Assembly (NCBI GenBank): GCA_026005055.1
Contig: BPKI01000001.1
Coordinates: forward strand, 1,732,566 to 1,796,565
Direction: 5' to 3'
Source: Lysobacterales bacterium
GTDB lineage: Bacteria; Pseudomonadota; Gammaproteobacteria; Xanthomonadales; BPKI01
Length of the DNA: 64,000 bases
Shown: in pieces, positions 1 through 10,205 of the stretch
How the letters are laid out: every line of letters begins with the position of its first letter
How positions within the stretch are numbered: the stretch's first letter is position 1
Notes under the pieces: generated by a model
Told to the model about the DNA's origin: nothing
Databases searched by the model: none
Seen by the model: only the letters and a program-made list of their open reading frames with translations
Program-made: the position numbers and the translations under genes

Positions 1-556
1 ACAGCAGCCGCTTGCGATCCAGGTCGTGCACGACGGTGATGTAGTGCTGCCCGCGCCGCAGGCTGGTCTCGTCGATGCCCACCGTGCGCACGCCGGCGAA
101 GTCTTCCAGCGCACGCGCCTGCGCGACGTAGAACTCGATGCGCCGCCACAGCCGCTTGTCCTTGCAGCGCAGCAACTCGGCGGCCTGGCGCACCGGCAGG
201 TCCAGGCACAAGGTCAGCGCCAGCGCTTCGAACGCCGCGGTGAAGCCCGAGCCCGGACGCGCCCAGGGCACGGCCACCTGCGTGGTCTTGCCGCAGGCAC
301 CGCAGGCCACGCGCGGCACGTCGCAATGCAGCCAGGCCTCGAACTGGAAGAAGTCCAGGTGCCGCCAGGATCGGCGCAGCCGGTCGTGCACCGGTTGCGT
401 GGCCGCACCGCATGCCGGGCAGGCGAGCCTGCTGGTGTGGCAGCCGATCTCGAAGTCGATACGCCGCTTGGCGGTGTCGAGCCTGACGTCATCGACGACC
501 CACGGCGGCTGCAAGCCCAGCGCGCTGGTGAACAGAGCTTCTACGGCAATGCCCAT
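1..556 (-). CDS. ISL3-family transposase, N-terminal part (continues beyond window start)
   Basis: My own reverse translation from the ATG (complement of 554-556) gives MGIAVEALFTSALGLQPPWVVDDVRLDTAKRRIDFEIGCHTSRLACPACG...CGACGKTTQVAVPWARPGSGFT...VGIDETSLRRGQHYITVVHDL. This is the zf-ISL3 double CxxC motif followed by the start of the DDE_Tnp_ISL3 region. It is absent from the ORF track because no stop lies in the window. Confidence 0.85.
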   Translation of the reverse strand, partial: MGIAVEALFTSALGLQPPWVVDDVRLDTAKRRIDFEIGCHTSRLACPACGAATQPVHDRLRRSWRHLDFFQFEAWLHCDVPRVACGACGKTTQVAVPWARPGSGFTAAFEALALTLCLDLPVRQAAELLRCKDKRLWRRIEFYVAQARALEDFAGVRTVGIDETSLRRGQHYITVVHDLDRKRLL

Positions 557-690
557 GGACTCATCCTCCTGATCAAACACGCCTCGTGGACATGTGCACA
601 GGCCGGCCAGCGGCCTGCACACATGCCCACCGGGCTCGACGACCAGGAGTCATTGTGACTGTTGGGTTCCACACGAAATGACGAAGAGCC
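1..690 (-). mobile_element. ISL3-family insertion sequence, partial (cut by window start); one terminus near 690
   Basis: The minus strand encodes an ISL3-type transposase N-terminus. Beyond the ATG, the minus-strand sequence at 690..660 reads GGCTCTTCGTCATTTCGTGTGGAACCCAAC. This resembles ISL3 terminal inverted repeats as I recall them; the other end is outside the window, so the IR pair cannot be confirmed. Confidence 0.65.
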
Positions 691-770
691 GCGATCGCCC
701 GCGTCAGGATCATGGTGAGAACCCCCCGTTTCTCAATAGAGTGTCACGTAGCTTATAAGGGGGAGAATGG

Positions 771-2003
771 GTGGTCAAGTCCGGATCGAGTGCGAGCGGC
801 GACTGGCATCAGCGAACGGTGATCGCCGCTGGAATGACCAGCGGGCTCGGTGATTTTTGTTACGAGACGGCGCGAGCGGTCCTGCCCGGCTTTTCGGCGG
901 CGCTCGGCGTTCCGGCGGCGGTGCTCGGGCTGATCGAGGGGCTGGCCGAGGCGATGGCCAGCCTGATGAAAAGCCTGGCGGGCTGGATCGCGGAGCGCCT
1001 CGGAACGCGCAAGGGATTGGTCGTGCTCGGTTATGCGCTCACGCCCATCGGGCAGGCCTTGATGGCGCTTGCCCTCGCCTGGCCGCTGCTGCTACTCGGG
1101 CGCGTGCTTTCCTGGTTGGGCAAGGGGCTTCGCGGTCCGCTACGCGATGCGATCATCGCGCAAGCGGTGGCTTCCGGCGCGCGGGGTCGCGCCTTCGGCC
1201 TGCATCGCAGCCTCGATACGCTCGGGGCGGTGCTGGGCCCGCTCGCCGCCGTGGGCTTGCTCGAATGGGCGCGGCATTGGCTCGATGCCGACCCGGTGGG
1301 GCCTTTCCGATTGGTGTTGTGGCTCTCGCTCATTCCAGGCGTGCTGGCGGTGCTGATCTTCGCCCGATTCGTCCGCGATGAGGGGATCAAGCCCAATCCG
1401 CGATTTCGCTTGCGCGAAACCTTCTCCGCTTGGCCGCCTAGCTTTCGGCGCTATCTGGGCGCGGTCTTCCTCTTCGGACTGGGCGATGTCTCACCCGTCC
1501 TGATCATTCTTGCGGCAACGGCGGTGCTCACGCCCGAGCTCGGCGCGCTTGCCGCCGCGCAGTTCGGTGCCCTGCTCTACGGGCTACGCAACCTCGTCCA
1601 GGTGGTGGCGTCTTGGCCAGCCGGCTGGCTCGCCGATCGGCTCGGTCACTTGCCGATCCTGCTCGCGGGCTACGGCCTCGGTCTCATGGGGATGATCCTG
1701 CTGGCGAGCGCTTTCTTGGCCGAGGCTTCGTCGGTTCTGCTGGTGGCGGCCTTCCTCGTCGTCGGGCTGTCGGCGGCGGTGCAGGAGGCTTTGGAATCCA
1801 CCGTCGCTGCCGAGCTTTCCGGGCTTGACGGCATCGCCCTCAAACTTGGGGTGCTCGGTAGTGCGAACGGGCTTTCGCGCTTGCTCGGCAACACGCTCGT
1901 CGGCTTTCTTTGGACGGCGCTTTCACCGTTTGCGGGGCTGATGGCGGCAGCGACGACGATGATGCTCGGCGGCTTGCTGCTCGCCGCAGTGCCGCGGCGC
2001 TGA
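771..2003 (+). CDS. MFS transporter
   Basis: 410-aa ORF that is hydrophobic throughout with a roughly 12-TM pattern. It has an MFS motif-A-like loop (IAERLGTRKGLVVLGY) and starts with GTG. Confidence 0.75.
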   Translation: MVKSGSSASGDWHQRTVIAAGMTSGLGDFCYETARAVLPGFSAALGVPAAVLGLIEGLAEAMASLMKSLAGWIAERLGTRKGLVVLGYALTPIGQALMALALAWPLLLLGRVLSWLGKGLRGPLRDAIIAQAVASGARGRAFGLHRSLDTLGAVLGPLAAVGLLEWARHWLDADPVGPFRLVLWLSLIPGVLAVLIFARFVRDEGIKPNPRFRLRETFSAWPPSFRRYLGAVFLFGLGDVSPVLIILAATAVLTPELGALAAAQFGALLYGLRNLVQVVASWPAGWLADRLGHLPILLAGYGLGLMGMILLASAFLAEASSVLLVAAFLVVGLSAAVQEALESTVAAELSGLDGIALKLGVLGSANGLSRLLGNTLVGFLWTALSPFAGLMAAATTMMLGGLLLAAVPRR

Positions 2004-2014
2004 GGCGCGCTGAC

Positions 2015-2965
2015 ATGGAACATCGTCAGATGGCGATTTACCTTCTGGCGCTCATTCTCGGCATGAGCCTCGGCAGCGAACCGGGTTTTCGGGCTGCGGC
2101 CGCGCTCGCCTTGTGGCCCGCGCTCGCCTCCCTGCTCTTCATTACTTTTTTGCAAATCCCGCTCCTTCGCCTGAAAGCGGCCATCACCGACTTCCGCTTT
2201 CTCGGCAGCATGATGCTCGGTGAGGCTTTGCTCGTGCCTCTCTTGGTCGCCGCCCTACTCAAACTGCTGCCGGCCGAACCGGGGCTCCGCCTCGGGGTGG
2301 CTCTGGTGCTGCTTGCGCCCTGCACCGATTGGTTCGTGAGCTTCAGCTTACTGGGACGCGGCGATTCGACCCGAGCCTTGGCGTCGACGCCCTTGCGGCT
2401 ACTGCTTCAAATCGTCTCGGTACCGCTGTGGCTTGCCCTGCTCGTGCCTGGCGAACTCGCTTGGATCGAGCTGGGGAGGCTCGCTCCGGCGGTTTTGCTG
2501 ATCGCGGTACCGCTCGTCTTGGCAGTAATCTTGGAGCAGATGCCGAAGGCTTTGCGCGAGAACCTGCGCGAAGGCACCCGTCGCCTGATGGTGCCGCTTC
2601 TCGCAGCAGTGATTGTTTTCGTGGCCGGTGCACAACCCCTCTCCCTCGGCGAGCTCGCGGGATGGTTGCCCAGCCTGCTAGGGGTGTTCGCAGCCTATCT
2701 GATCTTGGCGGCTTTTCTCGCCCGCCTGCTCGCCGCCCTCTTTCGACTGCCGCCGGCTCAAGGCCGGACCCTCGCCTACGGCTTCGGGACGCGCAATTCG
2801 TTCGTGGTGCTGCCGATCGCTCTCGTCCTGCCCGAGCCGCTCTCCATCGCGGCGATGGTGATCGTCTTGCAGGCGCTGGTGGAGCTGCTCGGCATGTTGG
2901 TCTATCTCGCGGCACTCGTGAGGCTTTTTCCCGATCGGAACGAGATCCGAGTGCGAACTACATAG
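2015..2965 (+). CDS. ACR3/BASS-fold (arsenical-resistance / bile acid:sodium symporter family) permease
   Basis: Polytopic membrane protein with LLAPCTDWFVSFSLLGRGD and FGTRNSFVVLPIAL segments typical of the arsenic-resistance-protein/SBF family. I placed the start at the ATG at 2015 (MEHRQMAIYLL); the 1910 start would overlap the MFS gene. Confidence 0.55.
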   Translation: MEHRQMAIYLLALILGMSLGSEPGFRAAAALALWPALASLLFITFLQIPLLRLKAAITDFRFLGSMMLGEALLVPLLVAALLKLLPAEPGLRLGVALVLLAPCTDWFVSFSLLGRGDSTRALASTPLRLLLQIVSVPLWLALLVPGELAWIELGRLAPAVLLIAVPLVLAVILEQMPKALRENLREGTRRLMVPLLAAVIVFVAGAQPLSLGELAGWLPSLLGVFAAYLILAAFLARLLAALFRLPPAQGRTLAYGFGTRNSFVVLPIALVLPEPLSIAAMVIVLQALVELLGMLVYLAALVRLFPDRNEIRVRTT

Positions 2966-3031
2966 GACCGGCCGTGATCAGCGATTCTTCATCTTGCGGG
3001 CGCGGATCCTCACGCGGCGGCAAACAAAAGA

Positions 3032-3107
3032 TGGCGTCCCCACGGGGATTCGAACCCCGGTTACCACCGTGAAAGGGTGGTGTCCTAGGCCTCTAGACGA
3101 TGGGGAC
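3032..3107 (-). tRNA. tRNA-Glu (anticodon UUC)
   Basis: The reverse complement reads GTCCCCATCGTCTAGAGGCCTAGGACACCACCCTTTCACGGTGGTAACCGGGGTTCGAATCCCCGTGGGGACGCCA. It folds as a cloverleaf with a CTTTCAC anticodon loop and an encoded CCA, and is close to E. coli tRNA-Glu. Confidence 0.95.
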
Positions 3108-3156
3108 GCGCTGACGAGGAGTGCTGAGACGTGATGTCGTTGTTGGAATGGGGTCT

Positions 3157-3232
<76 letters not shown>

Positions 3233-3286
3233 ACCCGGGAAAGGAGAGCATACCCACCCAACGCAGGGGGCGTCAATCGAAGCCGC

Positions 3287-3772
3287 TCATTCGCAAGCGA
3301 CCAGGCGTCCCGGGGCGAGGCCCGGCGAGCTGAGCCAAGGCTCTAGCGTCTGCCGCGAATGGCCGCGATCTCTCAGGAACTCCAGCCATTTTGCGAGGAA
3401 AACGTTCAGTTCGATCTTTCGTTCGAGAACGCTTCCGGCGGGTGGCGCCCGACGCGCCAGGAAGCCGTGGTGGGCGACGACCTCGCAGAGCCGGGCGTCG
3501 AGGTAGAGGCGAAGCTCCGCTTCGGGAACCGACTCGGGGCACTCGCCGTCGCTGAAGAGGTGGCTCAGGCGAAGGATGATCGTGTAGCGGCAGCGCTCAA
3601 TGACATCCAGTCGCAGCGCCGGGTCGCCGCCCACCTCGGACCGATAGCTTCCCACCGGCAAGCTCTCGGGGTCGAAGAGTCTCACCAGCCGACCGTGATT
3701 CTCGGCGAGCAGCGCCATCAGCCAGGCGAATCGGCTGGGACGGAGCAGGCGTTGGACGAGCGTTTGCGACAT
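3287..3772 (-). CDS. DUF1249 family protein (YqiB-like)
   Basis: Starting at the internal ATG (MSQTLVQRLL...), several blocks align with recalled E. coli YqiB: LAENHGRLVRLFDP, LRLDVIERCRYTIILRL, LRLYLDARLCEVV and KIELNVFLAKWLEFLRDRGH. Confidence 0.7.
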   Translation of the reverse strand: MSQTLVQRLLRPSRFAWLMALLAENHGRLVRLFDPESLPVGSYRSEVGGDPALRLDVIERCRYTIILRLSHLFSDGECPESVPEAELRLYLDARLCEVVAHHGFLARRAPPAGSVLERKIELNVFLAKWLEFLRDRGHSRQTLEPWLSSPGLAPGRLVACE

Positions 3773-3816
3773 GGCGCGATGATAGCCACCCTTCCCTCGC
3801 CGCGCGACCCGATGGT

Positions 3817-4674
3817 TCAGAACGTCTGCCGATCGAAACCAAGCCGCGCGAGCACCTTGCTCGCGATCTCCTCGATCGAGGTGTGGGTGGTGTTGAGGAA
3901 GGGGATGCCCTCCTGCCGAAACAAACGCTCCGCGAGCATCACTTCGCGCCGACATTGCTCGATGTGCGCGTAGCGGCTGTGCGGGCGGCGCGACTGGCGA
4001 ATCTGCTGGAGTCGCTCCGGGTCGATGGTGAGACCGAACAGCTTGTCTCGGTGCGGTGACAAGCGCGGTGGCAGGCGGCCCGCCTCCAGTTCCTCCTCGG
4101 TGAGCGGGTAGTTGGCGGCGGTGATCCCGTAATGCAAGGCGAGATAGAGACAGGTGGGGGTCTTGCCCGAGCGTGATACGCCCACCAGCACCACCGCCGC
4201 GTCCTCATAGTTGGGGTTCATTCCATCGTCGTGGGCGAGGGCGTAGTTGGTGGCGCTGATCCGCCGCTCGTAGGCGGTGAGATTGGTCATGCCGTGGGCG
4301 CGCCCGACCCGGGGCTTGCGCGGCACCCCGAGCTCTCTCTCGAGCGGACCCAGGAAAGGCTCGAAGACATCGAGCATGAGCGCCCCCGACTCGGCGAGGA
4401 TTTCACCGATGCGCTTGTCCACCACCGTGTTGACCACGATGGCGCGCTGACCGGATGCCTCGCCGGCGCGACGGATGCGTTCGGCGGCCTGGCGGGCCTT
4501 GTCCTCGCTGTCCACGAAGGGGATGCGGTAGCTCTCGAACTCGATGCCCTCGAATTGGGTGAGCACCGAATGCCCGATGGTCTCGGCGGTGATGCCGGTC
4601 CCGTCGGAAACGAAGAAGATCAGTCTGCGCACGGTGGCTTCGTCTTGCCGGAGTTCCTCGACGCGCCGCATCAT
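3817..4674 (-). CDS. ppsR: PEP synthase regulatory protein (bifunctional kinase/pyrophosphorylase, DUF299)
   Basis: Contains [25 protein letters not shown] and the P-loop [16 protein letters not shown]. It is divergent from ppsA, as in E. coli. The start was trimmed to MMRRVEEL (ATG at 4674). Confidence 0.9.
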   Translation of the reverse strand: MMRRVEELRQDEATVRRLIFFVSDGTGITAETIGHSVLTQFEGIEFESYRIPFVDSEDKARQAAERIRRAGEASGQRAIVVNTVVDKRIGEILAESGALMLDVFEPFLGPLERELGVPRKPRVGRAHGMTNLTAYERRISATNYALAHDDGMNPNYEDAAVVLVGVSRSGKTPTCLYLALHYGITAANYPLTEEELEAGRLPPRLSPHRDKLFGLTIDPERLQQIRQSRRPHSRYAHIEQCRREVMLAERLFRQEGIPFLNTTHTSIEEIASKVLARLGFDRQTF

Positions 4675-4707
4675 ACGCCCTCCCACCCTGCCCTGCCCTG
4701 ACGGTTC

Positions 4708-7080
4708 TTGTCCATGTCCGAACTCGTGCTCTGGCTCGATCAGGTCCGGATGAGCGATATCGCCCGCGTCGGCGGGAAGAACGCCTCGCTCGGCGAGATG
4801 ATCGCGAACCTTCAGGGTCTCGGGGTGCGGGTGCCGGGCGGCTTCGCGACCACGGCCGAAGCCTATCGCGGTTTCCTTGCGCAAGATGGTTTGGCGGAAC
4901 GCATCGCCGCGCGCTTGCGCGATCTCGATCCCGAGAACCTGAGCGAACTCGCTCGCGCCGGGGAAGACATCCGCCGTTGGATCTCCTCGGCTCCGCTACC
5001 GAAAGCGCTCGAGGAGGAGGTGCGGGCGGCTTACCGGGAACTATCGCGGCGCAATGGTGGCGAGGTGGCCGTGGCGGTCCGCTCGTCGGCCACCGCCGAA
5101 GACCTGCCCGATGCCTCTTTCGCCGGCCAGCAGGAGACTTATCTCAACGTGCGCGGGGAAGAAGCCGTCCTCGCGCACCTCAAGCACGTCTTCGCCTCGC
5201 TTTACACCGACCGCGCCATCGCCTACCGGGCGCATCACGGCTTCGCGCACGAGGAGGTGGCCCTCTCCGCGGGTATCCAGCAGATGGTGCGCGCCGATCA
5301 GGGGGCCTCGGGGGTGATGTTCACTCTCGATACCGAATCAGGTTTCCGCGAGGTGGTTTTCATCACCGCCACCTGGGGGCTCGGCGAGCTTTTGGTGCAG
5401 GGCCAGGTGAATCCCGATGAGTTCTACCTTTACAAGCCCGCGCTGCGCGCCGGCCGGCACCCCATCCTGCGCCGACAGCTCGGCGGCAAGCAGCAGCGCA
5501 TGGTCTTCGCGCCGCCGGGAAGCCCTGAGCGGGTGCGGGTGGAGCCCACCCCAGAAGCGCTCAGGCAGCGCTTTTGCTTGAGCGATGAGGAGGCGGTGGA
5601 ACTCGCTCGCCAGGCGCTCGCGATCGAAGCGCATTACGGCAGGCCGATGGACATCGAATGGGCCAAGGACGGCGAGACCGGTCGTCTGTACATCCTCCAA
5701 GCGCGGCCAGAAACGGTGCGCTCGCGCGCCACGCGCATCGAGCGCTACCACCTCAAGGAACGGGGCCAAGTGCTCGCCGAAGGCCGGGCCATCGGACAAA
5801 AGATCGGCGTGGGCAACGCGCGGGTGGTGCGTTCGCTGGCTGAGATCGGGCGGGTCGGCGCCGGAGAGGTGCTCATCACCGATATGACCGACCCCGACTG
5901 GGAGCCGGTGATGAAGCGCGCCGCCGCGATCGTCACCAACCGCGGCGGCCGCACCTGCCATGCTGCGATCATCGCCCGCGAGCTCGGTATTCCGGCAGTG
6001 GTCGGCTGCGGCAACGCCACGGACGCGATCCGCGATGGCGAGCCGGTCACCGTCTCGTGCGCCGAGGGTGACACCGGTTATGTCTATGCCGGGCGTCTCC
6101 CATTCGAGCGGATCGAGGCGGATCTCGGCGCCCTACCCGAGCCGCCGCTCAAGATCATGATGAACGTCGGCCATCCCGAGCGCGCCTTCGACTTTGCGCA
6201 ATTGCCGCATCGCGGTGTCGGCTTGGCGCGCCTTGAGTTCATCATCGCCCGACAGATCGGCGTGCACCCGCGCGCCCTGCTCGAATACGACCAGCAGGAG
6301 CCTGATTTACGGGCCGAGATCGATCGGCTCAGCGCCGGCTATCCCGACCCGGTGAGCTTCTACGTGGAGCGGCTGAGCGAAGGCATCGCCACCATCGCCG
6401 CCGCCTTCGCCCCTCATCCGGTCATCGTCCGCTTGTCCGACTTCAAGTCGAACGAATACGCCAACCTGCTCGGCGGCAAGCGCTACGAGCCGGTCGAAGA
6501 GAATCCGATGCTCGGCTTCCGCGGCGCCTCCCGCTACGTTTCGCCTGCGTTTCGCCCCTGCTTTGCCCTCGAGTGCCGCGCGATCCGCCGGGTGCGCGAG
6601 GCGATGGGGCTCGAGAACGTCTGGCTGATGGTCCCCTTCGTGCGCACCGTCGAGGAGGCGCGCGAGGTGGTGGCCGCACTCGCCGAAGAGGGTCTTGAGC
6701 GCGGCAAAGCGGGTTTGAAGCTGATCGTGATGTGCGAGCTCCCCTCGAATGCCCTGCTCGCCGATCGGTTCCTCGAACATTTCGATGGCTTCTCGATCGG
6801 CTCCAACGACCTCACCCAGCTCACCCTCGGTCTCGACCGCGATTCCGGCATCGTCGCCCATCGCTTCGATGAGCGGGACCCAGCGGTCAAGAGGCTGATC
6901 GCCATGGCCATCGACGCCTGCCGCCGGCACGGCAAGTACATCGGCATCTGCGGCCAAGGGCCCTCGGATCATCCGGATTTCGCCGATTGGCTGCTCGAGC
7001 AAGGGATCGAATCGATCTCGCTCAATCCCGATACGGTCGTCGACACCTGGCTGAGGCTGGTCGAACGGGCGAAAGGCTGA
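4708..7080 (+). CDS. ppsA: Phosphoenolpyruvate synthase
   Basis: 790 aa. It has an N-terminal ATP-grasp region ([11 protein letters not shown]), the phosphohistidine swivel motif ([21 protein letters not shown]) and a C-terminal PEP-utilising TIM barrel ([14 protein letters not shown]). Confidence 0.95.
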   Translation: MSMSELVLWLDQVRMSDIARVGGKNASLGEMIANLQGLGVRVPGGFATTAEAYRGFLAQDGLAERIAARLRDLDPENLSELARAGEDIRRWISSAPLPKALEEEVRAAYRELSRRNGGEVAVAVRSSATAEDLPDASFAGQQETYLNVRGEEAVLAHLKHVFASLYTDRAIAYRAHHGFAHEEVALSAGIQQMVRADQGASGVMFTLDTESGFREVVFITATWGLGELLVQGQVNPDEFYLYKPALRAGRHPILRRQLGGKQQRMVFAPPGSPERVRVEPTPEALRQRFCLSDEEAVELARQALAIEAHYGRPMDIEWAKDGETGRLYILQARPETVRSRATRIERYHLKERGQVLAEGRAIGQKIGVGNARVVRSLAEIGRVGAGEVLITDMTDPDWEPVMKRAAAIVTNRGGRTCHAAIIARELGIPAVVGCGNATDAIRDGEPVTVSCAEGDTGYVYAGRLPFERIEADLGALPEPPLKIMMNVGHPERAFDFAQLPHRGVGLARLEFIIARQIGVHPRALLEYDQQEPDLRAEIDRLSAGYPDPVSFYVERLSEGIATIAAAFAPHPVIVRLSDFKSNEYANLLGGKRYEPVEENPMLGFRGASRYVSPAFRPCFALECRAIRRVREAMGLENVWLMVPFVRTVEEAREVVAALAEEGLERGKAGLKLIVMCELPSNALLADRFLEHFDGFSIGSNDLTQLTLGLDRDSGIVAHRFDERDPAVKRLIAMAIDACRRHGKYIGICGQGPSDHPDFADWLLEQGIESISLNPDTVVDTWLRLVERAKG

Positions 7081-7084
7081 GCGC

Positions 7085-8065
7085 TCAGCCGCTGCAGTCG
7101 AGAACGGCCGCGCCCACCACCCGCCCCTCGCGCAAGTCCGCCAAGGCACGATCGGCTTCGCTGAGCGCATAAGGGACGACTTCTGCGGTGATTCCCGCGC
7201 GTTGCGCGACCTTCAGGAAGGCTTCGCCATCCGCGCGGGTGAGGTTGGCCACGGAGCGGATCATCCGCTCCCCCCAGAGCCACGCGTAGGGAAAAGCGGG
7301 AATATCGCTCATGTGGATCCCTGCGCAAACGACGATCCCGCCTTTTTCTAACCAAGTCAGAGCCTTGGGAACTAAATCTCCAACTGATGCGAAGATGATC
7401 ACCGCATCCAGGCGCTCGGGTGGGTCTTCGTCGCTGCCGCCGGCCCATGCGCAACCAAGACGCCGCGCCAGCGCTTGCGCTGCGGTATCGCCGGGTCGAG
7501 TGAAGGCAAAGACCTCCCGGCCCTGCCAGCGGGCGACTTGCGCCAGCAAGTGGGCACTCGCGCCGAAACCGACGAGGCCGAGGCGCTGGGCATCCTCGCC
7601 GGCGAGGCGGAGTGCGCGATAGCCGATCAGACCTGCGCACAGCCAAGGGGCCATCCGCAACGGATCGCCGGCGGGAAGCGGCAAGACGAAGCGGGCATCG
7701 GCGCGCAGGAAACGGGCATAGCCGCCGTCGCGGGTGCAGCCGGTGAAGACGGCTTCGTCGCAGAGGTTTTCGCGGCCGCTGCGACAGAAGCGGCAGACAC
7801 CGCAGGTGCCGCCGAGCCAGGGCACACCGACGAGCTCGCCTTCCTTGGGGCTCTCGACGCCACTCCCACAGGCGATGACCCGCCCCACCGCCTCATGGCC
7901 GGGCACCACCGGATAGCGCGCTTGCGGGAGCTCACCGTCGGCGAGGTGAAGATCGGTGCGGCAAACGCCGCAGGCGCTGAGGGCGATCGTCACCTCGCCT
8001 GGGTCTGGCTCGGGCATGGCTTGCGGTTCGCGCCGAAGCGGTTGCTTGGGCGCGGTGAGGAGCAT
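7085..8065 (-). CDS. Zinc-dependent alcohol dehydrogenase family oxidoreductase
   Basis: Contains GEVTIALSACGVCRTDLHLADGELP, GHEAVGRV, the structural-zinc Cys cluster (GTCGVCRFCRSGRENLC) and a Rossmann GLVGFGASAH. The start is uncertain: candidates are 8065, 8089 and 8125. Confidence 0.8.
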   Translation of the reverse strand: MLLTAPKQPLRREPQAMPEPDPGEVTIALSACGVCRTDLHLADGELPQARYPVVPGHEAVGRVIACGSGVESPKEGELVGVPWLGGTCGVCRFCRSGRENLCDEAVFTGCTRDGGYARFLRADARFVLPLPAGDPLRMAPWLCAGLIGYRALRLAGEDAQRLGLVGFGASAHLLAQVARWQGREVFAFTRPGDTAAQALARRLGCAWAGGSDEDPPERLDAVIIFASVGDLVPKALTWLEKGGIVVCAGIHMSDIPAFPYAWLWGERMIRSVANLTRADGEAFLKVAQRAGITAEVVPYALSEADRALADLREGRVVGAAVLDCSG

Positions 8066-8123
8066 GCGAAAAGGCGGATGTTCAGGCATTGACGACGGCT
8101 TGCTGAAGTCGCAAGTTGCGTTC

Positions 8124-8801
8124 ATGTGCGGACGTTATTTTCTCGCGGCCGATGGCGAAACCATCGCGCGTCGCTTCGCGCTCCGCGCGGTGCCTGAGGT
8201 CGCGCCCCGCTACAACGTGGCGCCCGGTCAGCGAGCCTGGATCATCCGCCGCGAAGGCGAGGAGGTGGTGGCGACACCCATGACTTGGGGGTTTTTGCCG
8301 CATTGGGCGAAGCCGGATTTCCGCCACCGACCGATCAACGCCCGGGCAGAAACGATCGCCCAAAAACCGATCTTTCGCGATGCCTGGCGCCGCGCTCGCC
8401 GCTGCCTGGTTCCGGCCTCCGGCTTCTACGAATGGGAGCAGACCCTGGCCGGAAAGATGCCCTGGGCGATCGCCGCTGCCGACGGCGAGCTGCTCGCCAT
8501 GGCGGGGATTTGGGACGAGTGGCGCGATGCGGAGGCCAAGTCCCACTCAAGCTTCGCGATTCTCACCCGCCCCGCGGAGCCGCCGGTGGACCGGCTGCAC
8601 GAGCGCATGCCGGTGCTCATGCCGCTCCATCACCAAGCGCTTTGGCTGAGTGGACCGCCCGCCGCTGCCGAAACCTTGCTCGCTTTGCCCAACGAGGTTC
8701 CGCTTCGGATGTGGCGTGTCTCCCGGCGGGTGAACGATGCCCATCACGACGAGGCTTCCCTCATCGAGCCCATGAGCGCCTCGACAGGTGCACCCGATTG
8801 A
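8124..8801 (+). CDS. yedK: SOS response-associated peptidase (SRAP/YedK family, abasic-site crosslinking)
   Basis: Begins MCGRY (catalytic Cys2), followed by YNVAPGQ and the WGFLPHWAK and AIAAADGELLAMAGIWDEW blocks. Confidence 0.85.
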   Translation: MCGRYFLAADGETIARRFALRAVPEVAPRYNVAPGQRAWIIRREGEEVVATPMTWGFLPHWAKPDFRHRPINARAETIAQKPIFRDAWRRARRCLVPASGFYEWEQTLAGKMPWAIAAADGELLAMAGIWDEWRDAEAKSHSSFAILTRPAEPPVDRLHERMPVLMPLHHQALWLSGPPAAAETLLALPNEVPLRMWRVSRRVNDAHHDEASLIEPMSASTGAPD

Positions 8802-8839
8802 ATCTATGCTGCCTCCGGGTTTCCGAATCGAAAGGTCGG

Positions 8840-9244
8840 ATGCGGGTTCTTCTCGTTGGTCTCATGATCGGTCTGATCAGCGGTGCGCTCTTGGGGGCGA
8901 TGGGATACCGCACGGTGCGTCAGTGGTATTTGCACCCAGAGGCCGTGATGACCCTGCTCCAGACCAACCTCGCGGGGCTCAAAGGTCAGCAGGAAGCGGG
9001 CCAATGCGTGGGTCAACCGCTTGCTTTGCGACTGTTTCGTCTCGAGGCAGTGAGCTCCGAGATCGTCGATGCCTTTCTCGCCCCCGGTGCAGAGGATGAG
9101 CGGTTCGCGGATTTGGCCCGGAAGCTCGAGGCGACGGTGGCGAGGCTGCGCATGAATCCTCCCACGGACTGCGCGGGACTGGAGCGGGCACGAGCCGAGA
9201 TCGGCCAGGCCTGCAAGGCCTGCCATGATCTCTACCGCGGGTGA
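8840..9244 (+). CDS. Class II c-type cytochrome (cytochrome c'/c-556-like) with N-terminal signal or anchor
   Basis: 134 aa with a hydrophobic N-terminus (MRVLLVGLMIGLISGALLGA). The single CxxCH sits at the extreme C-terminus (QACKACHDLYRG), as in four-helix-bundle class II cytochromes c. Confidence 0.55.
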   Translation: MRVLLVGLMIGLISGALLGAMGYRTVRQWYLHPEAVMTLLQTNLAGLKGQQEAGQCVGQPLALRLFRLEAVSSEIVDAFLAPGAEDERFADLARKLEATVARLRMNPPTDCAGLERARAEIGQACKACHDLYRG

Positions 9245-10178
9245 GGTGGGGCGAAGCGCGCCCGGCCCCATCCTGGTCGCGACGGATTTCTCTGCGGACG
9301 CCGACAGGGCCGTGGCGCGAGCGGCCTTGCTCGCAAAGACCTCCGGCCGGAGCCTGGTCCTCCTCGCCGTGGTGCATCGAGAGGCGTTGCTTCCCGCTTG
9401 GCTCGAGGCAAGCGTGCCGGAGCTCGCGAGCGAGGATCGGCTCGAACGGCGGGTGGAAAGCCGGCTCGCCGAGGCTGCGGCACGACATGCGCTTCCTTCC
9501 ACCACCCGCCTCGTCGTCCGCTTCGGCAAGCCCTGGGAGACCATCCTCGCCGAGGCGAAGCGCGAGGGGGCTTCACTGCTCGTGCTCGGCGCGCGCGGCG
9601 AGAGAGCGTCGCACGCGGGGGTGGGCTCCACGGCTTGGCGTGTCCTGCAGGGTGCCGATTCGCCCCTGCTGATCGTGCGCGGCCCCGTGCATGGGCGTTA
9701 TCGCCGCGTCCTCGCCGCCCTCGACTTCGACCAGGCCGCTGCCGCCGTTCTCTCGGCGGTGCTCCATTTCGCTGAGGAAGCGGAGATTCTCGTTCTGCAT
9801 GCACTCGGACGCCCGGGCTTGTCCCTTCTGAGCCACGGCGGCGCGAGTCTCGACCCCTTGGCGACCGAGCCGGCGGCCCTCCTCGGCGAGGCGCGATCGA
9901 GACTGGAAGCCCTCGTGCGCGAGCACGCCGCGGGAGGATCGCTCGAGCTTCGGGTATGCGCCGCCGATCCAGTCGAGGCCGCGAAACGGCTCATCGAGGA
10001 GGGATGCGAGCTGATCGCCTTCGGAGCGCCTCGCCGGCATCCCTGGATCGGCGCCTTGCTCGGCAGCTTCGCGCTCGCTCAGCTCGCCGAAGGCTCGACC
10101 GACATGCTGATCGTGACGACAAAACAGGCCGAGCCTGGGCGAAGCCCGCCTGCCGCGGCGATCGCCGCTCGGGCCTAG
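9225..10178 (+). CDS. Tandem-domain universal stress protein (UspA family)
   Basis: Two Usp-like halves are present: ILVATDFSADADRAVARAALLA ... LLVLGARG, then RRVLAALDF ... The start may instead be the GTG at 9246; the ATG at 9225 overlaps the cytochrome gene by 20 nt. Confidence 0.7.
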   Translation: MISTAGEVGRSAPGPILVATDFSADADRAVARAALLAKTSGRSLVLLAVVHREALLPAWLEASVPELASEDRLERRVESRLAEAAARHALPSTTRLVVRFGKPWETILAEAKREGASLLVLGARGERASHAGVGSTAWRVLQGADSPLLIVRGPVHGRYRRVLAALDFDQAAAAVLSAVLHFAEEAEILVLHALGRPGLSLLSHGGASLDPLATEPAALLGEARSRLEALVREHAAGGSLELRVCAADPVEAAKRLIEEGCELIAFGAPRRHPWIGALLGSFALAQLAEGSTDMLIVTTKQAEPGRSPPAAAIAARA

Positions 10179-10205
10179 AATCTTCGGCCAGCGCCACTTG
10201 GAGGC

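Noticed and set aside
26-658. 210-aa plus-strand ORF (and the 144-aa / 92-aa ORFs) at the window start.
   Set aside because: These are antisense or off-frame to a clearly recognisable ISL3 transposase on the minus strand, and their composition-driven Arg/Ala/Gly-rich translations show no motifs.
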